From: Methanotrichaceae archaeon
Lineage (GTDB): Archaea; Halobacteriota; Methanosarcinia; Methanotrichales; Methanotrichaceae
NCBI GenBank assembly: GCA_963748825.1
Contig: CAVVKN010000005.1
Location: 27,182-91,181, forward strand
DNA: 64,000 bases
Reading direction: 5' to 3'
Shown one piece after another: positions 30,641 through 44,879 of the stretch. Both the position numbers and the translations under genes were made by a program. Below the pieces are notes generated by a model, which saw only the letters and a program-made list of their open reading frames with translations, was not told the origin of the DNA and made no database searches. How positions within the stretch are numbered: position 1 is the first letter of the stretch; each line of letters starts with the position of its first letter.

Positions 30641-30809
30641 CCAACATGGATCATCTGGGCAGGACTGCTTTCTGCCGCCTTATCCGCGCATTCCTCCATA
30701 TCTTCGAAAGCCACGCAGTCATTCAGCTTCCCTGCGATCCGAAACTTCGCAGCTACTTGACTCCGTCCGTCCTCTGCATTCGCTACAAAGAAATCAGGGC
30801 AGGCTCCCA
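30641..30809 (-). pseudogene. partial duplicate of the ferredoxin gene
   Basis: ~170 bp similar to 32044-32213; lacks the CxxCxxC motif. Confidence 0.8.
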
Positions 30810-30961
30810 CATCTCTTGCTTACGATCTCCAATTACAGGCCGGCTGCTTGGGGCTCAACCAAACATTCGGGGACGGATGAAGGTGCTCTTTCTCTTTTGA
30901 AAATTTATTTATAATAAGAAGCTAACAATTAACTATTCTATTTAAGGAAAGGTGAAAATGT

Positions 30962-31900
30962 ATGAATGGAAAATATTGGAAGTTTTCTTATGCAGTGGTG
31001 TTTTTATTGACAATATTAGCAGTTGCATCTGATTTGCCTTCTGATCCATATGCGACTTCTAATCCCTGGAAGGTTAATGTTACACTTGAGAGTCAAATCT
31101 ATCTGCCGACCCCACGACCCATACCTGACGTTTTCTTCGAGCTCAATAATAGTACGCCTGACATGGTATATCGAGCAGAGCTTGGACAGACAAAAGATGA
31201 AATGAACCTGGAAAAAGAAGCCTATGCTACGACCAACGCAACGCCGCGCGATACATACAAAATAACGCAAAATCCACTCGGGCCTTTTCCCAAAGGGGAA
31301 GATCTTGGTTTCACGTTGGGTCAGTGGATAGCAGCGAATGGCAAGGGAACTTATGTAGAAGAGAATGGAAATGCTGCACTGAACCTGACACTGCATAACT
31401 TAGTGCCTAATGGAACCTACACCCTCTGGTGCAATCGAGTTACGATGCCTCCGAATTATCGAGAGGAGCTTACGCCGATCGGTGCTTCCGACGGCTCAGA
31501 GAATGCATTTATGGCAGATTCCGGGGGAAATAGCACATTTAATTTGAGGTTCAAAGCGTTGCCTGCCAGCACTAATTTAACATGGAAAGATTATGTAGCC
31601 ATGTACGTCACCAAGCAGGTTCCTATCAAAACTAACATAACCTGGACGCTGATCGCATTGGTATATCATAGCGACGACAAGACTCATCGCGCGACGCCTG
31701 GTGATTGGGGCAAGACCGCTCATTGTCAGCTTGTTCACCTGATGTACTCAAAGCCACTCCAGACATTCGAAGAGTGGAAAAATGCCACGAACGTAACTGC
31801 TACCGCTCAAACTGAGGAAAAGCAGCCTGGCTTTGAAGTTATATTTGCGTTAGCCGGTCTGGTTGCCTCGGCCTGTATTTTGATGAACAGAAGACGCTAA
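30962..31900 (+). CDS. secreted PGF-CTERM (archaeosortase substrate) protein
   Basis: Signal peptide; C-terminal KQPGFE + TM + RRR. Confidence 0.85.
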   Translation: MNGKYWKFSYAVVFLLTILAVASDLPSDPYATSNPWKVNVTLESQIYLPTPRPIPDVFFELNNSTPDMVYRAELGQTKDEMNLEKEAYATTNATPRDTYKITQNPLGPFPKGEDLGFTLGQWIAANGKGTYVEENGNAALNLTLHNLVPNGTYTLWCNRVTMPPNYREELTPIGASDGSENAFMADSGGNSTFNLRFKALPASTNLTWKDYVAMYVTKQVPIKTNITWTLIALVYHSDDKTHRATPGDWGKTAHCQLVHLMYSKPLQTFEEWKNATNVTATAQTEEKQPGFEVIFALAGLVASACILMNRRR

Positions 31901-32012
31901 GGGCTAACAATTGTCCATGCGTAGGGACAGTGGCCGGATACTGGGTCTGGAGGTCTGCAAAGGATCAGGATTCCGGCTGTTCCTGGACAAGCATCCGAAT
32001 ATCGAGCGAAAT

Positions 32013-32264
32013 CTAAACAGGATCAAAGCCCTGTGCAGGCGGACCAACATGGATCACCTGGGCGGGACAGTCTTCTGCCGCCTTTTTCACACATTCCTCC
32101 AGATCTTCGAAAGCCACGCCCTCATTCAGCTTACCTGCAATCCGAAACTTCGCAGCTACCTGACTCAATCCGTCCTCTGCATTCTCAACAAAGAAATCAG
32201 GGCAGGCCTCCCAGCACTGGCCGCAGCTTATGCAGCCCTCTCGATCTATTATTACGTTGATCAT
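32013..32264 (-). CDS. single-cluster ferredoxin
   Basis: CISCGQCWEACP...CPAQVI. Confidence 0.9.
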   Translation of the reverse strand: MINVIIDREGCISCGQCWEACPDFFVENAEDGLSQVAAKFRIAGKLNEGVAFEDLEECVKKAAEDCPAQVIHVGPPAQGFDPV

Positions 32265-32376
32265 AAAATCATCCTGTCATCAGTGAGTATTGAATTATTT
32301 TATCGTTTACTTTAATGCTTCTGTTGATATTGCAGGAGAAGTTACATTGATATCCCCTGCACACCTTTTGATGACG

Positions 32377-32664
32377 ATGACCCAGGACGAGCAGGAACAC
32401 AAAGAGATCCTGCATGAAATCGAGGCACTCGGCATCATGCACGAGAAGATCACGCAGTCTTCAGAATGCCGGGAGTTCAACCGTCGCATTGCCTTGTTGC
32501 TGCAGAGGCTGGAAGACTCAGGATTCTCCCGGCTGGCTGACAGAGCCATGGATCTCCTGGCCTCCTGCAATCCCAAGGACCTCTCCCAATGCGACAGTGT
32601 GCAGCGAGCCAGGGATATCCTGGAGAGGCTAAGAGTGCTGGCCAGGGATAGCTTTGGCAAATGA
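32377..32664 (+). CDS. hypothetical protein
   Basis: Helical ORF with GC3-rich codons. Confidence 0.6.
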   Translation: MTQDEQEHKEILHEIEALGIMHEKITQSSECREFNRRIALLLQRLEDSGFSRLADRAMDLLASCNPKDLSQCDSVQRARDILERLRVLARDSFGK

Positions 32665-32805
32665 TTGATTTGCCAGTCGGACGAGAGCCGGGGTTTGGCC
32701 GGACCCCGACTGGGGATGCTCGTCGGCAGGTGGCAAGGGCGCAGGCGTCCCGGTCGAACGAGTGGATCTGTGGCTTTATTTGATCGAATGGCCATAAGAT
32801 GCATA

Positions 32806-32997
32806 ATGAAGATCGGGGTGGATTATGTCGCCGAGCTTTATGAAAGCGGCGATTTAATCATACGAGAGGCAGCAGAGATTTTGCAGCTCAACTTCCGCCA
32901 GACAATGGATATTCTAGAGAAAAGGGTTGGCGGAAATGTGGAACCTGAGCAAGAGGCCAGGGCATTGAATATCGCTAAAAGGTTGGCAGAGAGATAG
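32806..32997 (+). CDS. UPF0175-like antitoxin/HTH protein (possibly partial)
   Basis: LYESGDLIIREAAEIL. Confidence 0.5.
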   Translation: MKIGVDYVAELYESGDLIIREAAEILQLNFRQTMDILEKRVGGNVEPEQEARALNIAKRLAER

Positions 32998-33047
32998 TAA
33001 TTGCGATAAGGATATATGCAGAAAAGACAGATTATTAGCGAGGATTT

Positions 33048-34109
33048 ATGATCAAAGAGACTAAACGGATAAGATTGCACATAGAGACAAAAAATAACAA
33101 TCATAAGCCTGTCTCAGCCGTTATAGTCGCAGAGAAGTTCCAAAAAATTCAAAATATAATTTGCTACATAGTTGATGATCTAGAAGGAAACGCACCGCGC
33201 AGACGTGGAGATTTTCCGAATAGCGTCAAAGAGAGATGCGAGCTGGTGCTCACGGGCATGAGCATGGGAAGCCTTGACGCAGAATTGAGCATATCTGATT
33301 CGCAAATAGTTCTTCCAGGGGAAGAAACCCATGGAGAGAAGGCAATCGCTATCGGCAATGAAATTGTACAGGCAATCTCAGAAGAAGGTGACATATTCAC
33401 CGTGGTTTCAAGATATATAAAAAATGAAGAGCGATCATATCGAATCATTAGAGAATTTGAATCAATTTGGCCGGATGGCGAATCGAGATATAATATTCAT
33501 TTGAACTTCGGCAAGAATCCGGTGATATTCCTAGACCCCGCCCGAAAGAATGCCCTCCGGGCTATACTTTCCAGGCCGCCTGAAAATACGGAGAAATCCG
33601 TGATGGGGCGATTGATGGAGGTCAGAGTCGACCAAAAGCGAAGCTTTCAGATCGATACGATGGAAGGATTAGTGACCTGCTTATATGCCCATGCACTGGA
33701 AGAAAAAATTGTTGAGAATATAGGCCGATTGGTTCTCGTTCGAGGCATCATGGCATTAGAACGGGGAAAATATACATTAAGCCTAAAAGATGAGAAATCC
33801 CTGGAAGGCATAGATTGGCTACCGTTATCTGATGTGAAGATTGGGGGAAAATCAATAAAGCTAAAAGAGCCTATTTATCTCGAGGTATCATATGAAGATG
33901 ATAATTATATTATATCAAATGATAGATTCCATTTAAGAGCTGAAGACCCCAGTTTGAAAGCTGCAATCGCTGAGATCAACGAGGAAATTGAGATCCTATG
34001 GGAAGACTATGTTGAAGCCGGCCTTGATGAATTGAGCCAAGATGCACTGGATCTTCGAAGAGAGCTGATCTCGGCGTTGGGCGGAGAATCTGCTGATGCC
34101 CAAGCGTAA
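33048..34109 (+). CDS. hypothetical protein with C-terminal HicB-like segment
   Basis: AT-rich; C-terminal LEVSYEDDNYIISNDRFHLRAEDPSLKAAIAEINEEIEILWEDY. Confidence 0.7.
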   Translation: MIKETKRIRLHIETKNNNHKPVSAVIVAEKFQKIQNIICYIVDDLEGNAPRRRGDFPNSVKERCELVLTGMSMGSLDAELSISDSQIVLPGEETHGEKAIAIGNEIVQAISEEGDIFTVVSRYIKNEERSYRIIREFESIWPDGESRYNIHLNFGKNPVIFLDPARKNALRAILSRPPENTEKSVMGRLMEVRVDQKRSFQIDTMEGLVTCLYAHALEEKIVENIGRLVLVRGIMALERGKYTLSLKDEKSLEGIDWLPLSDVKIGGKSIKLKEPIYLEVSYEDDNYIISNDRFHLRAEDPSLKAAIAEINEEIEILWEDYVEAGLDELSQDALDLRRELISALGGESADAQA

Positions 34110-34251
34110 AACACGCCGGATTGTATCATCCTTAACCAAGAAAGGATTCATCCCCAAGAAAGGTCGATCGAAGCATACAAAATATACTCTATTTGTGGAA
34201 GGAAAAAAGACCAGCGTATTCACCTGGATTCATGTGGACACATTTATATAA
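34096..34251 (+). pseudogene. HicA-like toxin, C-terminally truncated
   Basis: MPKRKTRRIVSSLTKKGFIPKKGRSKHTKYTLFVEGKKTSVFTWI; overlaps the upstream stop. Confidence 0.55.
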
Positions 34252-34279
34252 CAAGGTTATTGCGTTATAGGCACCAAGA

Positions 34280-34631
34280 TTACCACATCTTGTACCCCAG
34301 GTACCTCACCGCATAGATCAGCCCGATCACTATCACCACCACCCCGAAGATCTTGGTGACGTACTTGCCGGCAGAAATGTACTTCTCGCCTATATCTGCC
34401 CGCCCACTGCCCGGGAAAACGTCGCTATGGGAATCACAGGCACGCCGTGGCCGACGCCGAAGACGAAGAGCATCAGGCCTCCTGCCAGGGGCGTCACATT
34501 CTGGGAAAGAGAAAGACCAGAGAGACGGCACAGGGGGCCCGGCCCAGGGCAAAGAAGGCGCCCAAAGCAAAAGCGCCGATGAATGCCGAGTGCTGGAATA
34601 GGGCCATGGAGATGTTGACCAGCCGCTCCAT
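34280..34631 (-). pseudogene. CcdA/DsbD-like remnant
   Basis: Fragments in different frames: GAFFALGRAPCA, GLMLFVFGVGHGVPVI, KIFGVVVIVIG. Confidence 0.6.
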
Positions 34632-34995
34632 GATTCCTCGTCTCTCTGGGGCAGATTCTCCTGGAAGTGCCCCGAAAAGGCGAATTTCGTTATCGAAGAC
34701 ATGAACAAGAGCACTGCAGAGGTATTCAGCAGACTTCATCTCGAAAAATACATTCCCGCCCGAATTAATTTTTTGCTATCCCCTACAAAAACCATAGCGC
34801 AGCGGTTTATTCTTTCAGGATCTTATAAACTCCGGTCTTACCATCTCCAAAGCTTCCTCGATGGTCTTTCCAAAGGTGACACATCCGGAAGTGATGGGAC
34901 CCCTATCGTGTATACCCCATCTTCAGGTTCCCATCGAAGCCGCACATGATATCGTAACATCTTCATTGAAACTCTACGGTAAATCGAGCCTCATC

Positions 34996-35250
34996 TCACG
35001 TCTTCATTGCCCGGCTCTCGTCGATCACGATGTAGTCCTTGATGGCTACCACGGAGCTGAAGGGTATGAGCACAAACCTTCCGTCTTCCCTGTACTTCAT
35101 GCGGTTCAGCTCCTTGTCCGGCTTGACCTTCAGATCCACCATCTTTCCGGTCTGCACCTCAAAGATCACATCTTCCAGCTCGCCTAACACCATGCCGTCG
35201 ATGTTTACGATCTCTTTTCCTGCAATGCTTCCCGAGAACACCTTTCCCAT
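34996..35250 (-). CDS. PRC-barrel protein
   Basis: IAGKEIVNIDGMVLGELEDV...IPFSSVVAIKDYIVI. Confidence 0.85.
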   Translation of the reverse strand: MGKVFSGSIAGKEIVNIDGMVLGELEDVIFEVQTGKMVDLKVKPDKELNRMKYREDGRFVLIPFSSVVAIKDYIVIDESRAMKT

Positions 35251-35287
35251 TCCCCTCACCTAAAATCCCTTTCAATTGATAAATGCA

Positions 35288-37510
<2,223 letters not shown>

Positions 37511-37650
37511 TCATTTTAACCCAAGCAATATAAGTTTATCCGACTTCGAAGCTAATTTTATAAGTGTAATTGATAGTAATCTATTTAATATTTTTGGTGG
37601 CAAGATATGTTCCGGATAATCTAAATAAGGTCGCAAGAGAAGGAAGCTCT

Positions 37651-39368
37651 ATGGTTATGGGCCACTTGGAAGAGCTGATTGCCGCCGCGCGCGGTGAAAT
37701 CGAGGTCGATCTACTCCTGGCCGGGGCCAGCGTGGCCAACGTCCTCTCCGGTGAGGTGCACCGGGCGGATGTGGCCATTCATAAAGGCCGGATAGCAGGC
37801 TTCGATTGCTCCAGCGCCCGCCGGACCATGGAGCTGGATGGCAAAATTCTCACGCCGGGGTTTATCGACGGCCATGTGCATATCGAAAGCAGCATGGTCA
37901 CCGTCCCGAGTACGCGCGGGCTGTCGTGCCCAGGGGCACCACCACCGTGGTCGCCGATCCGCACGAGATCGCCAATGTGTGGGGCGAGGAGGGCATTGCA
38001 TACATGCTACAGTCCTCAAGAGATGTCCCCCTGAACGTTTTTGTCATGCTCCCATCCTGCGTTCCCGCCACCAATCTGGAGACCTCTGGAGCGGCTTTGG
38101 GTGCAGAGGCACTGGCCGGGCTGATGCAGGAAGAGAGGGTCCTGGGCCTGGCCGAGGTCATGAACTATCCGGGGGTCATCTTCCGTGATCCGGAAGTGAT
38201 GAAGAAGCTTGCTCTGGCAAAAGGAAAGCGCATAGATGGGCACGCCCCCGGCCTCACGGGCCGCGACCTCTCCGCCTACATCTCGGCAGGCATCCACTCC
38301 GATCACGAGTGCACCACAATTGATGAAGCCCGAGAGAAACTGCGCTCCGGCATGTACATCATGCTGCGGGAGGGCAGCGCTGCGAAAAATTTGCTCGATC
38401 TGCTGCCGCTGGTCACAGCCAAAAACGCTCGCCAATTCCTTTTCGTCTCGGACGACCGGCATCCCGCAGATATCCTCCGGGAAGGGCATATCGACTTCAT
38501 GGTAAGGGCGGCCATAAAGCAGGGCCTTGATCCCATAATCGCCCTGCAGATCTCCAGCCTCAACGCCGCCCAGTACTTCGGTCTCTCGGATCTGGGGGCC
38601 ATCGCTCCCGGCTACAGAGCGGACATCGCCGTTTTAGATGGGCTGGAGCAACCCCACGCGGTTTTGGTCATCAAAGACGGAAAAGTGGTGGCGAAGGACG
38701 GCGAGCTCATCGTCCCGCTAAAGGCTCCGGCCACTGCCGGGCATAAGGCGATGCAGATCGGCCCCCTCGGCCTGCGGTCGTTTGAGATCGTGGCCGAGAA
38801 GGGCCCGGCCCGGGTAATTGGCGTCGTCCCTCACCAGATCATCACGAAATCTCTGCAGCTTTCGCCCAAAATTCATGAAGGAAAGGTCGTCTCCGACGTA
38901 GACCGGGACATCCTGAAAATGGCCGTGGTGGAGAGGCACAAAGCCACTGGCAACGTGGGCCTGGGACTGGTGCAGGGCTTTGGCCTGCGCTGTGGCGCCA
39001 TCGCTACCTCAGTGGCCCACGACTCGCACAACATCGCCGCCGTTGGCGTTAGCGATGAGGAGATGCTGGCCGCGGTTTTGGCTGTCAAGCAAATGGGCGG
39101 CGGGCTGGTGGCAGTGGCAGAAGGAAAGGTGCTGGCGAGCCTGCCTTTGCCCGTGGCCGGGCTGCTCTCAGAGAGATACATGCGAGATGTGGCGCGGGGC
39201 ATGGAGGGCTGCATTGATGCGGCTGCCAAGCTGGGATGCAAGCTGGAGGACCCGTTCATGACGCTCTCGTTTCTCTGCCTGCCGGTGATCCCGGAGCTGA
39301 AGCTGACGGATAAGGGGCTGGTGGATGTGAGGGTGTTTCGGTTGGTGGGGATGTTTTTGGGGGAATGA
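37651..39368 (+). CDS. ade: adenine deaminase, frameshifted at ~37907
   Basis: PGFIDGHVHIESSM continues in a second frame with GTTTVVADPHEI, DHEC, HDSHN. Confidence 0.9.
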
Positions 39369-41589
39369 TGAGAATTGTTCGCCATGCGGCCTCATGGAAA
39401 TCGTTTGCTTCTGTCCATTCATCTGCTGGCTAGTTAAGGTCAAGAAAAGCTATCGTCAGGATAAGTCTTTATTAAATCTTGAATTTTGTGCAGCCAATCC
39501 ATAAGGTTCAAATAGCCGTTAAACATTTGAATGCAATATTAAAATGATATCTGAATTAATGCTAATGGTTGCGTATGATTTGGCAAAATCCGGGGCAATA
39601 ACTGGCATTAGCAAGATTCACCAAAAGGATTTTGATATTATTTATAATAATACTCTGGAAGAATTTAACGGAATCTACTATTTATCCAAAACTGATTTCA
39701 AAAAATTTATTTGCTCTTCGGAATTTGAACGTCACCTTGAACAACATATTGATGATATGGAATTGGATTTTGAATATTTGGGTAAGATATTATCAAAATA
39801 TGCCATTTTAAAAGAAGGTTCTGGGGAATTTATATTACAAAAATTTTTTGATAAGTTAGAAGTCAATTTAAGCACAGTCCCTCAATTAAAAGCGCAACTA
39901 GACCTTAGATACCATAAATCTGCTGAACTTAAATTGAAGCGCATTCGAGAATCGATGAATACATTGAAGCATGATAATAAAAGAATAATAGAACTATTAG
40001 AATGTCTAGTTAATAAAAAGGTACAGAATAGTGAGCAGAGATTTTGTTTACAGAATTATGGTATTACTGAAGATCAGGCACAAATATTGGCTGGAAATGC
40101 ATTGATAAGAGCTGAATCCAGTTATGAGAAGGGATTATCTTTATCTGTGCTGGGTAAATTAGAGGAAGCTGAGCTTCAATTCGATAGATCTATCGAGCAT
40201 AATCCTGGGAATTCTAAACACTACTTAGCAAGAGGGAATGCTAGATACCTTCAAAATAAATTTGAACGAGCATTTGAAGATTACCATTTCGCAACCCAAT
40301 TGGATCCTCAAAATGTGCGAGCTTGGGCCAACAAAGGTTCAGTCTTGGTAAACCTGGGTAAATTCAGCGAAAGTTTAGACGCATCTGAAAAGGCCATTGA
40401 ATTGGATCCAAAATATGCAATAGCCTGGAATAATAAAGCCGTAGCTTTAGGTAACCTGTGCAAATTTAAAGATGAATTGGAAGCTTCTGAAAAAGCTATC
40501 GAAATGGATCCCAAATTTGCGCCTGCTTGGAACAACAAAGCCGCTGCTCTAGAAAAGCTGGGTAGACATGATGAGGCTTTAAGTGTCATCGAAAAGGCTC
40601 TTGAATTGGATCCTCGCCTTGCGCCTTCCTGGGCCAACAAAGGGTATATCCTGGTTAACCGAGGTAAATTCAAAGAAGCCTTGGACGATTCTGAATATTC
40701 TCTGAAATTGGATCCCAAGTATGCCTTGGCGTGGCAGATTAAGGCTGCGGCCCTAAATAATCTAAGTAGATATGAAGAAGCGTTAGAAGCATCTGAAAAG
40801 GCCATTGAATTGGATCCTAAATTTGCACCTGCTTGGGACAACAAAGCTTCTATCCTGGTTAACTTAGGTAAATTCAAAGAAGCCTTAGAAGCATTTGAGA
40901 AGGCCGTCGAGGTAGATCCTAAATATGCAATGGCCTGGCATAATAAGGCCAACGTCCTAGGCAATCTGAGCAGATATGAAGAAGCTCTAGAAGCTTTCAA
41001 AAAGTCTATTGAATTAGATCCCAAATATGCAATGGCCTGGTTTGGTAAGGCCGCCTCTCTAGGCAATCTAAGCAGATACGAAGAAGCTTTAGAAGCTTTT
41101 GAAAAGACTATTGAGTTAGAGCCTAAATATGCAATGGCCTGGCATGGTAAGGCCGCTTCCCTAGGTAATCTATGCAGAAATGAAGATGCTTTAGAAGCTT
41201 CTGAAAAGGCCATTGAATTGGATCCTAAGCTTGCACTAGCTTGGACCTATATGGGTGCCATACTGCTTAAACTAGGTAAATTCGAAGATGCCTTAGAAGC
41301 AGCCGAGAAGGCCGTTGAATTGGACCCAAAATTTGTAGCAGCATGGGCCAACAAGGGTTCTGTGTTGAGTAACCTAGGCCGATTTGAAGACGCCAATAAG
41401 GCTTACGATAGGGTCATAGAGATGGATCCACAAAATGCAGATGCCTGGTACAACAAAGGCATAGCATTCTGTAATCTGGGCAAGTACGCCGATGCCTTTG
41501 ATTCTTTCGATAAGGCCACACAGATTAATCCCCTATACCCAATTGCATGGACGAATCTGGGCAATGCCATATATGGATTAAACAAATAT

Positions 41590-43317
41590 CCCACATTTCG
41601 CATTAACGGTTTGAACACTTCATAATTTCCCTTGACTTTTATGGATAATCTTTTTTAATAGCTCAACCATATGCTTCCATGAAGGGAAGTGGCATGGATA
41701 TCTCGACAAATATCATCGAGCATTTTGGGATAGTAGCAGGGATCTTTGATGAACTTGGTATAGGTAAGGTCATAGATCGCGCACTCCCAAAAACCAGACA
41801 TCATAAAGCCAGTCATTCCGCAATTATAAAGGCAATGGCCCTGAATGGCCTGGGTTTTAATGAATCTCGTCTCTATTTTTACTCCAATTTTTTCATAGGT
41901 CTTCCTACCGAGAGTTTATTGGGAGAAGGCATTTCGCCATCTAACCTGAATGATGACACATTATCGCGAACATTAGATGCAATTTTTGACTATGGTCCAA
42001 CGGAGCTGTTTAACGAGCTTGCTCTGCAAGTCATGAACAAAATGACCGAGGAAACGCATCTACTACATGTGGATACGACAAACTTCTCGATGTTTGGAAA
42101 GTATGAAGGTGATGCTCCAGATGGAACAGATTCAATTAAAATTACTTTTGGCCATGCCAAAGATAACCGAATGGACCTTAAGCGTTTCGTTCTGGGAATG
42201 GTCGTGAATCAACATGGAGTTCCTCTTTTTATGCAGTCGTTCTCCGGAAACAAATCTGATAAAAAAAGTTTGCCAGAGATGATCCAGAGACTGAGAGAGT
42301 CCATTTCCTTCGATGATTCAAATTATTGGGTCGCAGATAGCGCTATTTATTCTGAAGAAAATCTCAAGCTACTGGGAAAAGATCTACATTGGATCACTCG
42401 TATTCCTGAAACTGTAGGGGCAGCAAAGGCTTTGATCTCAGCAGAACTGGAAATGACACCTGCAACGGATCCACGCTATGCGTTCCATACTACATATCTG
42501 AATTATGGAGGCATTCCTCAGAAAGCTGCGGTTTTCTGGTCCCAGGAGATGCAGGCGCAAAAGGAGAAGACCTTTGATAAAAACCTTCAAAAAAAGATGG
42601 GTGATGCCCAGAAAGATCTCAATTCTCTGAAACGTCAACGGTACGCTTGTGAACCAGATGCCATAGCCGCGGCAAAGAAATGGGTTTCGGATCATCCTCT
42701 TTTCAAGCTTAAAGACCTGGTGGCCTCTTCTATTTTAGAGCGTGCAGAAAAAAAGAGGGGTAGGCCGAAGAAGGATGAAGCGCGAATTTATCAGTATGCG
42801 ATTGAAGCTGATCTCGAAATTGATCAAGAATCTGTAATCCGAGAACGCCAAAAATTGGGCAGGTTCGTACTCGCGAGCAATGACTTGGATCTAGATTCTG
42901 AAACCATGCTGAACTATTACAAAGGGCAGCAAGCGGTAGAGAGAGGCTTCCGCTTCTTGAAAGACAAAAGTTTCCACGCATCAGAATTTTTTCTTAAGAA
43001 AGAAGAACGTATCGAGGCCTTGGCAATGATTATGGTCCTTTGCCTATTGATTTATTCGTATGCAGAGTGGAAGCTTCGAAGAAAACTAAAGGAGGCTGGG
43101 CAGAGTGTCCCAAATCAACTCAAAAAACCGACTCAAAAACCGACCATGAGATGGATATTCCAGCTTTTTATGAGAGTAACATTAATAATAGTAACCGAGG
43201 GCCAACATGTGATTCGCCGGCTGATAAAGCTGAGCGAGACTCAGGACTTGGTCCTAAAGCTACTCGGGCAGGACTGCAAAAAATATTATGGATTGGAGTG
43301 TTAATGCGAAATGTGGG
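41590..43317 (+). mobile_element. IS1634-family element with 6-bp TSD
   Basis: Perfect 18-bp IR cccacatttcgcattaac / gttaatgcgaaatgtggg; TSD AAATAT at 41584-41589 and 43318-43323. Confidence 0.95.
41679..43304 (+). CDS. IS1634 transposase
   Basis: HVDTTN, FGHAKDNRMDLKR, VADSA, YKGQQAVERGFRFLK. Confidence 0.95.
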   Translation: MKGSGMDISTNIIEHFGIVAGIFDELGIGKVIDRALPKTRHHKASHSAIIKAMALNGLGFNESRLYFYSNFFIGLPTESLLGEGISPSNLNDDTLSRTLDAIFDYGPTELFNELALQVMNKMTEETHLLHVDTTNFSMFGKYEGDAPDGTDSIKITFGHAKDNRMDLKRFVLGMVVNQHGVPLFMQSFSGNKSDKKSLPEMIQRLRESISFDDSNYWVADSAIYSEENLKLLGKDLHWITRIPETVGAAKALISAELEMTPATDPRYAFHTTYLNYGGIPQKAAVFWSQEMQAQKEKTFDKNLQKKMGDAQKDLNSLKRQRYACEPDAIAAAKKWVSDHPLFKLKDLVASSILERAEKKRGRPKKDEARIYQYAIEADLEIDQESVIRERQKLGRFVLASNDLDLDSETMLNYYKGQQAVERGFRFLKDKSFHASEFFLKKEERIEALAMIMVLCLLIYSYAEWKLRRKLKEAGQSVPNQLKKPTQKPTMRWIFQLFMRVTLIIVTEGQHVIRRLIKLSETQDLVLKLLGQDCKKYYGLEC

Positions 43318-44063
43318 AAATATGATATGGCACTCGCAGCTTATGATAAGGCTATCAAATCAAATCCGCAATGTGCCGAGGCATGGAATAATAAAGGAAG
43401 TATTCTGTATAAACTAAATAGGCGCGATGAGGCTATCATCGCATATAATGAAGCCACCAAGCTTAATCCTTCGTATGTAGATGCTTGGTATAATTTAGGT
43501 GGTACGCTTAGTAGTATGGGTAAATATGATGAGGCAATTATTGCTTTTAACAAAGCTCTTGAAATTAGTCCACAATCACCATTATCACAAAAGATTTGGA
43601 ATGCTAAAGGCAAGGCACACAACGACCTTCATCAATCTGTTGAAGCCGTGGCAGCTTTCGCCAAGGCCAGAGAGCTGAATGATCAAATCTGACTATCATT
43701 CTTGGTATTCTCAAAGCCGGGGGGCTATTTTATAACATCTTTCCAACCTCTAAATCCCCATTTTAGCGCGATGGATTCATTAGTACCTTCTGTTTGTCCA
43801 TCCAGCTCGTTGCGATAGGGCGAACCACGCCTCGGTCTTACGCCAAACGGGCCTCCGGCCCCCCAGGCGTGCGGGCGTCCCGGTCATCTCGGCTCGGTCG
43901 GAATGCATACGATGCGACGCATCCGGCCTTCTCGTCGACGGGTCAGCATCCTATCTCGGGCCCGGATATTCGGACAAAGCTAAGATCTTGGCCCTGGGCC
44001 AGAGCTCCTTCTGATCAGCCTAACTTTGCTAAATTATTTATATTAGAGAGCGAATGTCGGTAT

Positions 44064-44435
44064 ATGAAACTGATTGCTCTACTTCTATTTCTCTCCATGA
44101 TCGCATGTACCCCAGCTGTATTAGCTCAAGCCTGCGACTGGAGTGGCACCTGGATCACTGGTTGGACCGGTCAAAGCGCTCCAAGTGATGTCAAGATGGA
44201 TCTTCACGAGGTTTCGCCGAACACTTTTACAGGAACTTACGAGCACAATGAAGGACAAATTGTTGATGCGATGGTGAACGGCAATGTATTGAGCGGCACT
44301 TGGATTCAATCGGGTGGTCTGCATACTGGTGGTTTCGAGTTTCGCATGAATGCAGATTGCAGCTCCTTTGAAGGTACCTGGACTTCAGACGAACAAGGGA
44401 TCGGAAGTGGGGAATGGAATGGCTATAGGCCCTAG
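44064..44435 (+). CDS. small secreted beta-rich protein
   Basis: Signal peptide MKLIALLLFLSMIACTPAVLA; repeated GTW motifs; two mature-chain Cys. Confidence 0.75.
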   Translation: MKLIALLLFLSMIACTPAVLAQACDWSGTWITGWTGQSAPSDVKMDLHEVSPNTFTGTYEHNEGQIVDAMVNGNVLSGTWIQSGGLHTGGFEFRMNADCSSFEGTWTSDEQGIGSGEWNGYRP

Positions 44436-44879
44436 GGTGAATGCACTTCACCCGAATGTGCTTTATTTTCACATAAGCCGAGCAGCTGGGATTCATCCGA
44501 CCATTAGAATCTTCTCCTCTTGAGAAGGCAGCCTGTAGCCCCGTGATAATAGTGATAGGCGACATTAGCAGATAGCTATCCCAAGCTAGGCCCTAGTAGT
44601 GTCCGGCCAAGGTCCGAGCGATGTCCGGAAACCTCCCTAGCGATCCCCGCTCGACCGCTACGAGAGCCACCAAGCGGGCCTCCTGGCCCCCCTGGCGTGC
44701 GGGCGTCCCCATGCAGCCGAAGGTAAGAGGCCCGAGGCAGGACATAACCGCAATCATGTCATTGGTAAGAAACCTGCGAGACTGCATGCGAACCCTTGAA
44801 GCTCGCTGCAACATTTCTGAAATTTGATCTGCATCAATATTTGTAAATAATCCAAAGTCCAACCTCCTTTTAGATCATC

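Larger units (their letters stand above)
39544..43692 (+). pseudogene. long TPR protein interrupted by IS1634
   Basis: 34-aa TPRs; removing the IS and one TSD copy restores LNKY-DMALAAYDKAI in frame. Confidence 0.9.
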
